From an uncultured Candidatus Actinomarina sp. (GTDB lineage Bacteria > Actinomycetota > Acidimicrobiia > Actinomarinales > Actinomarinaceae): a DNA stretch of 64,000 bases. The notes under the pieces were generated by a model. The model had not been told where the DNA came from. It did no database searches and worked only from the letters and a program-made list of their open reading frames with translations. This document shows, piece by piece, positions 18,419-27,269 of this stretch (positions are counted from its first letter, which is position 1; each line of letters opens with the position of its first letter). The stretch lies in assembly GCA_902582695.1 (NCBI GenBank), contig CACHTH010000004.1, positions 4,064 through 68,063 on the forward strand, read 5' to 3'. Both the position numbers and the translations under genes were made by a program.

Positions 18419-18754
18419 TTTATAAAAATATTAGCGAGTTTTCTAAAATTGAACACCCCAAGAGACAAGGTTCCTGGGATTTTTGCATACCAACAAATAA
18501 GGGAGCATTTGTTTTGATAACTGAACATATTATGTATTAGAGAATTAAATACTAAGTAAACACATTTTAAACGGTAAGGAAATTCAGAAACAGTCAGTAA
18601 ATGAGAAAACCCTTGAAAACTCCGCAATCTGTTTCCAGATTTCCTGTCTCAAGGGTTATCTCGTTATACTTCTTATAATGATCATCTATAAAGATTTTCT
18701 TCATAAAAAGTAATTTAAATCTATCTAAAAAAGATTAAAAAATCAAAAAAAATT

Positions 18755-19690
18755 TTAGGAATTTTTCCCACTCTTTCTTCTGGAAATAATCAAATTAAAC
18801 ATGATTGCCAAAACAGTGACACCAAGTAAAGCACTAAGAACAGTTGATATAAAATCATTATTTATAGCACTAATTCCATAGTCATCAAGAAGCAAAACTA
18901 TTCCATCTGTTTGTGTAAAGCCAAACTCTTCCGCGACGGATTCTAAGCCATCTGGAGATGACGATGCAAAAGGTGTGACAAGGCTTAAAAGTAAAATAAG
19001 AATAATAAATAGACCATAGAAAGATACTTTGGTTGTGTTTTCATCACTTCTCTCATATGCATAAATTAAATCAGGTCTTACTCGAATTAAAAGAGTGATA
19101 ATAAGAGCTGTAATTACTCCCTCACCGAAACCAATGATGAAATGTGTTGTGACCATGGCCAACAAAACTGTTCCTACCGGTATTGATATTGTTCCACCAA
19201 TTGCATATTGGATTGTAAAAGCTATTGATGAAAACACAACACTCAAAATTCCTGCAAGTACACTAACAGAGACAATAGAGGTTTTATTTTTTCCAATGAA
19301 CTTTATCCAGTACTTAACAATAAACCAACTAGTTGCACTAGTTACAATTGCCATATTTAAAACATTCACTCCTAAAGCACTGAGACCCCCATCAGCAAAA
19401 AGTAGAGATTGAATAATAACTACTACTGATAGACAAATTAATCCCAATCTTGGTCCTAAAACTATAACTGCGAGCGCACCACCAAGTAAATGGCCACTTG
19501 TACCAGCGGCTATAGGGAAGTTTATCATTTGAAGAACAAATATTAATGCAGACATCATTCCTGTTAAGGCAATAAATTTATCTGCAATTAAATCTTTTGC
19601 TGATCTAATGTATGCCCACAATGTGCCAAAACTGATTACTCCAGTAGCAGCAGACATAGTTACATTCATAAATCCGTCAGGTACGTGCAT
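18755..19690 (-). CDS. cbiM: ECF-type cobalt/nickel transporter CbiM fused to a C-terminal PDGLE (CbiN-like) module
   Basis: MHVPDGF N-terminus diagnostic of CbiM/NikM. About 6 TM, then a C-terminal TM-SSSPDGLESVAEEFGF-TM extension. Confidence 0.8.
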   Translation of the reverse strand: MHVPDGFMNVTMSAATGVISFGTLWAYIRSAKDLIADKFIALTGMMSALIFVLQMINFPIAAGTSGHLLGGALAVIVLGPRLGLICLSVVVIIQSLLFADGGLSALGVNVLNMAIVTSATSWFIVKYWIKFIGKNKTSIVSVSVLAGILSVVFSSIAFTIQYAIGGTISIPVGTVLLAMVTTHFIIGFGEGVITALIITLLIRVRPDLIYAYERSDENTTKVSFYGLFIILILLLSLVTPFASSSPDGLESVAEEFGFTQTDGIVLLLDDYGISAINNDFISTVLSALLGVTVLAIMFNLIISRRKSGKNS

Positions 19691-19745
19691 AGGAAAAAGT
19701 ATAAGCCCTTAGTATCCTTATTGCAAGTGTTTTGCAATAAGGAAC

Positions 19746-20483
19746 TTAAATCAGATTATTTTCTTTAAACCAATAATGAATTTCACTCAATACAAAAGTT
19801 CTTGTATCTTGATTCAAAATTTCATGTTTTGAGTTTTCGACGATTATAAATTTCACATTTTCAAGTTTAGATATATTTTCACTCGCTTTAATTGGAACAA
19901 TCTTATCTTTATCTCCATGTAGAACTAATGTAGGAATCTTTAGTTTTTCTATATTTTCATTAACAAAATTTTGTTCAGTAGTTATTTCATTACCGAATTT
20001 AAAAGTCAAACTTCTAAAAACTAGCGGATCATTAAAGTAACTATCTACGGTTTCTTTATCGGTAGACAAATTTCTCTTATTTACTGGTGAAGGCGCACGT
20101 AATTTTGGAAAAACCTTGGCCATAGCACCAGACATATTCTTAACGAATTTTGGATAATTATCATCAAAATGAGGCGCTGACAGTATTAGGTAATCAGGGT
20201 CAATTTTTTCTCTAAGAATTGCAGATACTGACACAAGAGAGCCATAGGAATGAGCAAAAATGATTTTTATATCTTTGTTTACAATTTTATTGTAAGCAAT
20301 AACTAACCCTTCAATATTTTCATCCCAAGTTTCTATATGACCTTTTTCATCGATGTCACCATGCCCAGGAAGATTCAATGAATACGTTTCAATACCTAAG
20401 TTTTTTAACCACTCAACATTGTCTTTGTGACGTCCTTCATGTTCAAATAATCCATGAACTACTAATGCTCCTAAATTAGACAC
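19746..20483 (-). CDS. Alpha/beta hydrolase (lysophospholipase / monoacylglycerol lipase-like)
   Basis: 245 aa. HGLFEH oxyanion region, AHSYGS nucleophile elbow, HGDKDKIV and SKHEI (Asp/His). Confidence 0.75.
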   Translation of the reverse strand: MSNLGALVVHGLFEHEGRHKDNVEWLKNLGIETYSLNLPGHGDIDEKGHIETWDENIEGLVIAYNKIVNKDIKIIFAHSYGSLVSVSAILREKIDPDYLILSAPHFDDNYPKFVKNMSGAMAKVFPKLRAPSPVNKRNLSTDKETVDSYFNDPLVFRSLTFKFGNEITTEQNFVNENIEKLKIPTLVLHGDKDKIVPIKASENISKLENVKFIIVENSKHEILNQDTRTFVLSEIHYWFKENNLI

Positions 20484-20515
20484 AAGCTCCCCTTTTTTTT
20501 ATTAAATTTATATTA

Positions 20516-21226
20516 ATGAATATTGACTTCATAAAAGTACCATTTTCAAACAATCCGTCTATGCAAAAATATGATGGTCCACTTTTTAATACAAATCCAA
20601 ATGAGAAATATCTGTCTGAGAAACAACTACAGCTTGAAAAATATGGAAAAGATTTATATGGACAAACAGAACAATTTGAAAATTCTGATTTAAACCAAAA
20701 AGTCAGTCAAACCTTGGGGCTAGAAGCAACAGAATCTTTATACGAAACCGCAGTGCAAATAGAAGAGGATTTAGCTGTCATGCATAATGGAAAGCTTGAA
20801 GCTATATGTTTTTGTTTTCCAAGTGGCTGGATACCAGGAAGAGAGTTAAAAGCAGATCTTTCTAAATTACACCAACCAGTTGCAGATAACGACCTATTAC
20901 TTAAATCAAGTGAGAAATTATCACAACATATGAACAAGCAAACTATACGAAGATGGGTGTGGAATGTAACTACTGTTCCTGGGCTAAGTAATCACCCTAG
21001 TGAAGGAAGACCGCTATTAAATGATTTAGAAAATTTATATTTCAGATTAGAAACACAAATTTCGACACCATTAGATGAATCTTCAAGTTTATTTTTAGTA
21101 AAGGTAGATGTGGTCCCCCTAAAAAATGTATGGGATGAAGTAATTCTAGAGAGTATAAATTCAATGAGTGAAGACGTTTTAAATTATAAGAATTTATCTG
21201 AAATTAAAAAATTTTTAAATAGTTGA
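20516..21226 (+). CDS. DUF3445-like protein (heme-dependent oxidative N-demethylase alpha-subunit family resemblance)
   Basis: 236 aa. ICFCFPSGWIPGRELKADLSKLHQPV resembles the conserved fPs.W.p..k.G..l..iH.PV block as I remember it. Weak assignment. Confidence 0.4.
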   Translation: MNIDFIKVPFSNNPSMQKYDGPLFNTNPNEKYLSEKQLQLEKYGKDLYGQTEQFENSDLNQKVSQTLGLEATESLYETAVQIEEDLAVMHNGKLEAICFCFPSGWIPGRELKADLSKLHQPVADNDLLLKSSEKLSQHMNKQTIRRWVWNVTTVPGLSNHPSEGRPLLNDLENLYFRLETQISTPLDESSSLFLVKVDVVPLKNVWDEVILESINSMSEDVLNYKNLSEIKKFLNS

Positions 21227-21478
21227 TCTTTTCTCTTTCACAATAAGAAAAAGAATTAGCCCAGTCAGAATCGTTGTCATCGAGTTTGTAGCCATTAATG
21301 GAATGTCGTTTAAATAATTGCCATATAGAAACCAAGATAGGGACCCTAGAAATAAAAATAGATAAGTAATTAACGACAAGTCTTCAACTCTTCTCGTTTT
21401 TAATGTTTTTATCGCTTGAGGTAAAAAAGAAACAGTAGTAAAAAAAATTGCAAGGTAACCCATTATTTGAAAACTCAT
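21215..21478 (-). CDS. SemiSWEET (PQ-loop) transporter
   Basis: 87 aa, 3 TM, with the LPQAIKTLKTR PQ motif. Confidence 0.85.
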   Translation of the reverse strand: MSFQIMGYLAIFFTTVSFLPQAIKTLKTRRVEDLSLITYLFLFLGSLSWFLYGNYLNDIPLMATNSMTTILTGLILFLIVKEKRSTI

Positions 21479-21520
21479 GGCAACAGTATATAAGAGGATT
21501 AGTTTAAATAAGGGTACTCG

Positions 21521-21595
21521 TGGGCCTAGTTAGATTTGAACTAACGACCTCATCCTTATCAGGGATGCGCTCTAACCAGGCTGAGCTATAGGCCC
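21521..21595 (-). tRNA. tRNA-Ile (anticodon GAT)
   Basis: Reverse complement: GGGCCTATAGCTCAGCCTGGTTAGAGCGCATCCCTGATAAGGATGAGGTCGTTAGTTCAAATCTAACTAGGCCCA. Cloverleaf with a 7-bp acceptor stem and anticodon loop CTGATAA. No encoded CCA. Confidence 0.95.
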
Positions 21596-21683
21596 ATACG
21601 TCTAATTAACAATAGTCTATCAATGGAAATATTTAAATTTTTTTTTCATTTACTGTAAGATTCAGTGCATAATATAAATGCGA

Positions 21684-21756
21684 GGGGATGTAGCTCAGCT
21701 GGAAGAGCACCTGCTTTGCAAGCAGGGGGTCGTGGGTTCAAGTCCCATCATCTCCA
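21684..21756 (+). tRNA. tRNA-Ala (anticodon TGC)
   Basis: GGGGATGTAGCTCAGCTGGAAGAGCACCTGCTTTGCAAGCAGGGGGTCGTGGGTTCAAGTCCCATCATCTCCA. G3-U70 pair present. Anticodon loop TTTGCAA. Confidence 0.95.
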
Positions 21757-21776
21757 CAATAAGGTAACCTAAATAT

Positions 21777-21962
21777 ATGGATAAAAAAGATTTAGAAAAC
21801 TTGTCTGTTAGTGAGCTATTAAAACTTAAAGAATCTATTAATGATGAAATTGAAAAAAAGCGTACCCAACAGACACTTTCTAGTGCTAATAGAAAAGGAC
21901 TATCTTTAGTTTGGATAGCAGTAGCAATTGCAATTGCTGTATTTAGGTACTTTAGTTCATAA
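21777..21962 (+). CDS. Small tail-anchored membrane protein, unknown function
   Basis: 61 aa. Charged helical N-terminus and a single C-terminal TM (LSLVWIAVAIAIAVF). Its stop overlaps the next start (TAATG). Confidence 0.45.
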   Translation: MDKKDLENLSVSELLKLKESINDEIEKKRTQQTLSSANRKGLSLVWIAVAIAIAVFRYFSS

Positions 21963-22192
21963 TGGAATATTTAATTGCTTTATTTATCGGAGTAGTAATT
22001 TTTAGATTTTTAAGAAACTCCATTTCATCATTAGCCAGCATACCTCCTGAATTAGATACAGATGATGTTGTTGAAATATCGCAATCTTTTATATGCAACA
22101 AATGCGGCACAGAGTTAACTATAAATAGGCAGTCTGTTGTGGCAAATGAACCTCCAAAGCACTGTAAAGACCCCATGGAGCCATTAGATTAA
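21962..22192 (+). CDS. Small membrane protein with a C-terminal CxxC...HC zinc-ribbon-like motif, unknown function
   Basis: 76 aa. N-terminal TM, then CNKCGTEL...PKHC. Its stop overlaps the glpD start (TAATG). Confidence 0.45.
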   Translation: MEYLIALFIGVVIFRFLRNSISSLASIPPELDTDDVVEISQSFICNKCGTELTINRQSVVANEPPKHCKDPMEPLD

Positions 22193-23655
22193 TGAACTTT
22201 TCAAGACCTGAACAGTTACAGGAGCTTGAAAGTAAATCAGAATTCGATTTACTTATTATTGGAGGTGGGATTGTTGGATCAGCTGCTCTTGAAATGGCAG
22301 CTTCAAGAGGGCTAAGTTCAATTCTTTTAGAGAAAAATGATTTTGCATCAGGTGCATCCGGTCGAAGTACAAAACTTTTACACGGCGGTATTAGGTATCT
22401 TCCTCAGCTACAGTTTGGCCTAGTTAGAGAAAGCCTGCAAGAACAAAAAATATTAATCAAATTACTTGGGAGGCTTTATAAGCCCCTCAAGCTGCTTGCT
22501 CCAATTTATAAAGATGATGGTTTTTCAGACCTCCCTAAAATGCTCCAATATAATTTCATTTCTTCGTTTGCTTTCAAGCTGGGGTTAACCCTGTATGACT
22601 TACTTGGAAGCAGAAATAAAAAACAGAGACATATAAATTTTGATAAATCAAAAACAAAGGAAATGTTTCCTTTACTTAAACAAGAAAAATTAAAAAGAAG
22701 CTTTATTTTTCAAGACGCACAAACAGACGATTCAAAATTAGTAGTTACATTATTGAGGAATGCAGTGGAAATTAATAATGCTATTGCAATAAACTACATG
22801 GAAATTACAGGCATCAAAAAACAATCTTCAAAATATCAAATAACAGCAATTAATAAATTAAATGGCAATAAACATATGTTTGTTGCAAATAAAATTATTG
22901 CGGCAACAGGGGTACACGCTTTGCCAGGTGATTATTCTGTAAAGTCTTCTCACATTAAATTTAGTGGTGGAGCTCATCTTATCCTTAAAGATGATCCTCT
23001 AAAAATTAATGGAAACGGTATCTTGCTTCCAAAAACTGAAGACAACAGAATCATGTTTGTTTTGCCTTGGTTTGGTAACACTATAGTTGGCACAACAGAT
23101 ACCGAAACTTTTTCGGGAACACTAGACAGGCCATATGCAAATAATGATGACAAAGAATACATTATTAGACACGTAAAAAAATATTTCAATGTTGATAATG
23201 TTGAATACATATCATCTTGGTCAGGCATACGTGCTCTTATAGATAATCAACTAACATCGACAAAAAATGTTTCTAGGGGTCATTTTTTTAACAATGCCGA
23301 TGAAGGATTTATTCAAATTTCAGGAGGTAAACTTACAGGATTTAGACTTATAGCTAAAGAGAGTTTGGAATTATTGTTTAGTGATAATTTTGAACTGACA
23401 CCTCTAAGCTTTGTTGATGAGGTTCTAGATTTATCAAATAAATTTAATGAAAATGATTTAAAGAAATGCTTCGAACACTACTGTATTGCTAAACCAACAG
23501 ACTACATGCTTAGAAGAACTCATTTAAGTTGGTTTAGTGATAATGGCGGCAAGAGTGAAATTTCAAAAATAATAGAAAATTTTGATATAAATGGAATTGA
23601 AAATGATACTTTTGAGGAACTAATTGATGAGGGTCTTTTAGATAAAACTTACTAG
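22192..23655 (+). CDS. glpD: FAD-dependent glycerol-3-phosphate dehydrogenase/oxidase
   Basis: DLLIIGGGIVGSA dinucleotide fold and SGRSTKLLHGGIRYL motif. 487 aa. Confidence 0.85.
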   Translation: MNFSRPEQLQELESKSEFDLLIIGGGIVGSAALEMAASRGLSSILLEKNDFASGASGRSTKLLHGGIRYLPQLQFGLVRESLQEQKILIKLLGRLYKPLKLLAPIYKDDGFSDLPKMLQYNFISSFAFKLGLTLYDLLGSRNKKQRHINFDKSKTKEMFPLLKQEKLKRSFIFQDAQTDDSKLVVTLLRNAVEINNAIAINYMEITGIKKQSSKYQITAINKLNGNKHMFVANKIIAATGVHALPGDYSVKSSHIKFSGGAHLILKDDPLKINGNGILLPKTEDNRIMFVLPWFGNTIVGTTDTETFSGTLDRPYANNDDKEYIIRHVKKYFNVDNVEYISSWSGIRALIDNQLTSTKNVSRGHFFNNADEGFIQISGGKLTGFRLIAKESLELLFSDNFELTPLSFVDEVLDLSNKFNENDLKKCFEHYCIAKPTDYMLRRTHLSWFSDNGGKSEISKIIENFDINGIENDTFEELIDEGLLDKTY

Positions 23656-23906
23656 TTGTAGTTAGTGGTCATTAAAAAACCTGCACCAATCAACCCCAGC
23701 CCACTCCACAAATACCATCTTGAAACAGATCCAGGTAGCAAAGTTAAATAGTTAAGAACTATTAAAAGAACTCCAACAATCATCAGGGTCGACATTAAAA
23801 CTGTATACCATCGAGGTGAAGGAGCATTACTTGTTGACATTTGACTAGAAATCTTTTTTGACTGCGTAGGTCTGCTATTTTGTTTTCTTTTTTTTGAAAC
23901 TGGCAT
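23652..23906 (-). CDS. crgA: Cell division protein CrgA
   Basis: 84 aa. MPVSKKRKQN basic N-terminus, PSPRWY, two TM segments. This is the pattern of actinobacterial CrgA. Confidence 0.8.
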   Translation of the reverse strand: MPVSKKRKQNSRPTQSKKISSQMSTSNAPSPRWYTVLMSTLMIVGVLLIVLNYLTLLPGSVSRWYLWSGLGLIGAGFLMTTNYN

Positions 23907-23928
23907 ATTTTACAAATTAGTATTAATT

Positions 23929-24756
23929 CTAATTTATTTCAATAATATTATTTTTCTTAAACTTTATTAAGTTGTCTTTTTTCAACCCTTCTAGAGCTTT
24001 TTGGACCTTGTCAGAATCCTCATTAATTTCTTCAAAAAGTTTTTGATTTTTTATTTGGCCATTGTTTATTAAGAGTTTAATTATTTTTCCTCGAACTTCT
24101 CTGTTTGAACCTTTGAATTTTTCTTTACCCCTTTTATTAACAGAAAAATGTTTACTACAGCTATTTTCTATTGGGCAAATGTTACATCTCGGGTTAGAAC
24201 TTTTACAAATAGAGCTCCCAAAATCCATAAATGCTTGGTTAATATCTCTTGAATCTACATTAAGTAGAAAATGTTCAAAATTTTCTTTGAAGAAATCTTT
24301 TGTATCATTTAATCCAAAATATCTTTGACAAATTCTTACTGTGTTTGTGTCAACAGCAAGAACCTTTTCCCCATAAGCAAATGAAAGAATTGCATTTTTT
24401 GTATATGGACCAACTCCAGGTAGAATCTCAAAATTTGGATAAATCTGATCAAAGCCTTTCTTTTCGATTATTTTAGAAGCTTCAAAAAGCCTTTTGGCAC
24501 GATTGTTATATCCTAGCCCTGACCACATTTTTAAAATTATTTTTAACGAAGAATTCGCCATAGACTTTGGCGATGGAAATTCTATTAAGAATTTTTCAAA
24601 ATATAAGTTAGCTCTTTCTAACTGGGTTTGCTGAGATAAAGTCTCAATTAATAGAATTTGCCAAGGGTCAGTTGTATTTCTCCATGAAAAGTCTCTTTTA
24701 TTTTTTTTATACCAATTAATTAAATCAATTTTTAATTTTTCAATTTTAGTTTTCAA
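23929..24756 (-). CDS. MutY-like HhH-GPD adenine DNA glycosylase (Fe-S), without the NUDIX-like C-terminal domain
   Basis: DFSWR...LSQQTQ, LPGVGPYT HhH, VDTN catalytic Asp region, C-x6-C-x2-C-x5-C cluster (CKSSNPRCNICPIENSC). Only 275 aa. Confidence 0.75.
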   Translation of the reverse strand: MKTKIEKLKIDLINWYKKNKRDFSWRNTTDPWQILLIETLSQQTQLERANLYFEKFLIEFPSPKSMANSSLKIILKMWSGLGYNNRAKRLFEASKIIEKKGFDQIYPNFEILPGVGPYTKNAILSFAYGEKVLAVDTNTVRICQRYFGLNDTKDFFKENFEHFLLNVDSRDINQAFMDFGSSICKSSNPRCNICPIENSCSKHFSVNKRGKEKFKGSNREVRGKIIKLLINNGQIKNQKLFEEINEDSDKVQKALEGLKKDNLIKFKKNNIIEIN

Positions 24757-26515
24757 AAGTCAACTCTACAACACCTTCTGGTTCTAAGAATTCACCTTTT
24801 CTAGGTATTTGCTTTCTAACAATACCGTTAGTATCTCCACTTACTGTCGCAACTAAGCCAAGTTCTTCAAGAACACTTAAAGCTTCTTCATAGCCAAGCC
24901 CTTCGACTTCAGGTACTTCAATTTTTATCCCAAGAGACACCACTACTTGAATTAATTCATCTGGGGTTACAATTTCTCCAGCTTCAGGTATTGTTCCTGA
25001 AACCAATCCAATTTCTACATCCTCTGAATATTCCTCTATTAGTTCATATTCAAATCCCAAAGTTTCTAAAATTTGAATTGCGTCCTCTGGTGATTTTCTT
25101 GAAAGATCACTAATCACTATGAGACTAGGGCCCTTAGAAACAACTAGGTCAACAGTGGTACCTGGACTCATTTTTGTTCCAGCTAAGGGATTCTGAGAGA
25201 TAACAAAACCTCTTGGTATGTTCTCATCATTTACTTCAAGTACTTGACCTAACGTAAAGCCACTTTCTTCTACAATATAAATTGCTCTTTCTGATTCTAT
25301 ATCTAATATATAGGGAATTGGAAACGCTTCAGGACCAACAGAAACAATAATTGTAACCAGTGAGTCGGGATTTACGATTGTATTGGATGGAGGTTGAGTT
25401 CTAATTACAGAACCAGCTGGCACAGAGGCGTCGGCGGAATTTTCAATACCTACTTTAAATCCTAAGTTTTGAAGGTCAGTAAGAGCTTGTGCTTGCTCGC
25501 TTCCAGTTAGATCAGGAACTTCTAAAAGAGTAGGTGCTCCACCATCTACAGGTAGACCATCAAAAACCTGTGTCAATGTCCAAATTGTTCCAATAACAAC
25601 TCCTATAGAGATAATTAGAGCAGGTAAAGTAAATCTTAATTTCACTTTTGGATTTGTAAGATCAACTAAATTTTCTCTTGTTTGTTCAGACTGCAGTGCT
25701 TTTCTTTGCTGAAGCAGTGTTGCCCTTAAGTCTTCAGCAGATTTAAATCTGTCATAAGTAGCTTTTTCAAGAAGCTTTAAAATTGCACTTTCAACACCTT
25801 TTGGCAGATCACGCCTAAACAATGATGGCTTTTCTGGCTTTTCTGTTAAGTGCTTTGTTGCAGTTGAAATTGGAGAATCACCACTAAAAGGTGCTTTACC
25901 AGTAATTAGTTCATAAAGAACAGTTCCTAGAGAATAAAGATCGGACTCAATAGAAACCGGCTTTCCCTGTGCCTGTTCTGGCGAAATGTAACTTGCGGTA
26001 CCGAGTACAGAGCCAGTTTTTGTAATATCACTTTCTTCATTTTGAAGTGAAACAATACCAAAGTCTGTAACTTTCACTTTTCCTTCCGGAGTTATCATTA
26101 TATTTCCTGGCTTGATATCTCTATGAACAAGTCCTTTCTGATGAGCAGCATGCAAACCGCTAGACACCTGTGCACCAATAAATAAAATGTCACTTAAACT
26201 AATCGTTCTATTTTTCGAAATAATTGAGGTTAATGTGTTTCCCTCTATATACTCCATTACAAAGTAAGGTTCGTCTTCAATTCCCCAATCAAAAATCTGT
26301 ACAATATTTGGATGATTTAAGTTTGCTGCTGTTTTTGCTTCCCTCTTAAAACGATCTACAAAAGTTTCTTGATTTACATAATTTGGTTTTAATGTTTTAA
26401 TTGCAACAAATCTCTCAAGCTGCATATCACGAGCTTTATAAACAAAAGCCATTCCACCCTCTCCTAAAATTTCGAGGATTTTGTATCGTTCTTTTACTAT
26501 CTGTCCAATTTTCAT
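24746..26515 (-). CDS. pknB: Ser/Thr protein kinase with four extracellular PASTA repeats (PknB type)
   Basis: GEGGMAFVYKA glycine loop, HRDIKPGN, DFG, SPEQ. One TM, then four roughly 65-aa PASTA-like repeats. Confidence 0.9.
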   Translation of the reverse strand: MKIGQIVKERYKILEILGEGGMAFVYKARDMQLERFVAIKTLKPNYVNQETFVDRFKREAKTAANLNHPNIVQIFDWGIEDEPYFVMEYIEGNTLTSIISKNRTISLSDILFIGAQVSSGLHAAHQKGLVHRDIKPGNIMITPEGKVKVTDFGIVSLQNEESDITKTGSVLGTASYISPEQAQGKPVSIESDLYSLGTVLYELITGKAPFSGDSPISTATKHLTEKPEKPSLFRRDLPKGVESAILKLLEKATYDRFKSAEDLRATLLQQRKALQSEQTRENLVDLTNPKVKLRFTLPALIISIGVVIGTIWTLTQVFDGLPVDGGAPTLLEVPDLTGSEQAQALTDLQNLGFKVGIENSADASVPAGSVIRTQPPSNTIVNPDSLVTIIVSVGPEAFPIPYILDIESERAIYIVEESGFTLGQVLEVNDENIPRGFVISQNPLAGTKMSPGTTVDLVVSKGPSLIVISDLSRKSPEDAIQILETLGFEYELIEEYSEDVEIGLVSGTIPEAGEIVTPDELIQVVVSLGIKIEVPEVEGLGYEEALSVLEELGLVATVSGDTNGIVRKQIPRKGEFLEPEGVVELTFEN

Positions 26516-26517
26516 AG

Positions 26518-27171
26518 TTAAATTATATTTATAATAATGGCAGTTATGTTATCTTTAGGTTCTTGGAGTAAAACTTCACTGACTAAAGTTTCTGCACTAA
26601 TGCCTTCTTGTAATTTTTTTTTCAGATATTCTTCTCCCAACTCGTTGTAAAGTCCATCTGTACATAGTAAAACCACATCTCCTTTGAATAATTTAATATC
26701 TTTAGTCTGAATTGATAGCTTCTTTTTTGTCCCCAAGGCTTGTAATAAGACGTTTTGATAACCTGGAACGTTCTCATCTTCTGTTAATTTAATTAAATTT
26801 CTTTTTGAGAGAACATAGCATCTTGAATCTCCTACGTGAGCAACATGCAAAACACCACCTTCATCAATCTTTATTGCTGTCATAGTTGTTCCCATACCCT
26901 CAGAGTCTTTATTGTTCTCTTGATATTCATAAATTGCTTTATTAGCTTTTTCTACGTAGGTAATAAGGTTTTTATAATCTTCTTCCATAACAGAAGACGC
27001 TAACTCACTAGCAACTTCACCTTTTTTGTGTCCACCCATGCCATCAAATACACCAGCTTTAAATGGCACAAAACCACTTCCAGATACATCTGGAAAAACG
27101 GAATCTTCATTCTTTTTTCTTATTGGTCCACATTCGCTTTTAACAGACCATACAATTTTTAATTTTTCCAC
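26518..27171 (-). CDS. pstP: PP2C-family Ser/Thr phosphatase (short, soluble PstP-like)
   Basis: RKKNEDS, FDGMGGH and LLCTDGL motifs. 217 aa with no TM segment. Confidence 0.8.
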   Translation of the reverse strand: MEKLKIVWSVKSECGPIRKKNEDSVFPDVSGSGFVPFKAGVFDGMGGHKKGEVASELASSVMEEDYKNLITYVEKANKAIYEYQENNKDSEGMGTTMTAIKIDEGGVLHVAHVGDSRCYVLSKRNLIKLTEDENVPGYQNVLLQALGTKKKLSIQTKDIKLFKGDVVLLCTDGLYNELGEEYLKKKLQEGISAETLVSEVLLQEPKDNITAIIINII

Positions 27172-27269
27172 TTATCAACAATCTTAGTTGTGAAATGTAA
27201 TTGTTTTCTTACACTTAATAAAGAAGTAGAATGTCTCACAAGTAGGTATTTGTTAAAAAGTGATTTTAA

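Noticed and set aside
18412-18627. 71-aa ORF overlapping the UDG start
   Set aside because: Its composition is not protein-like, with one acidic residue and many Phe, Ser, Leu and Cys. It has a TTG start without an SD. I treat the region as non-coding or structured RNA (see the finding on the spacer).
19691-19745. Cobalamin or NiCo riboswitch in front of cbiM
   Set aside because: The spacer is only 55 nt and contains a single hairpin (CCTTATTGCA-N6-TGCAATAAGG). That hairpin is better explained as the terminator of the upstream hydrolase gene, and there is no B12-box-like sequence.
21521-21756. tRNA-Ile(GAT) and tRNA-Ala(TGC) as a remnant or edge of an rRNA operon spacer
   Set aside because: The two tRNAs are on opposite strands and transcribed divergently. 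They are flanked by protein genes, with no 16S- or 23S-like sequence. Actinobacterial rRNA spacers normally lack tRNAs anyway.
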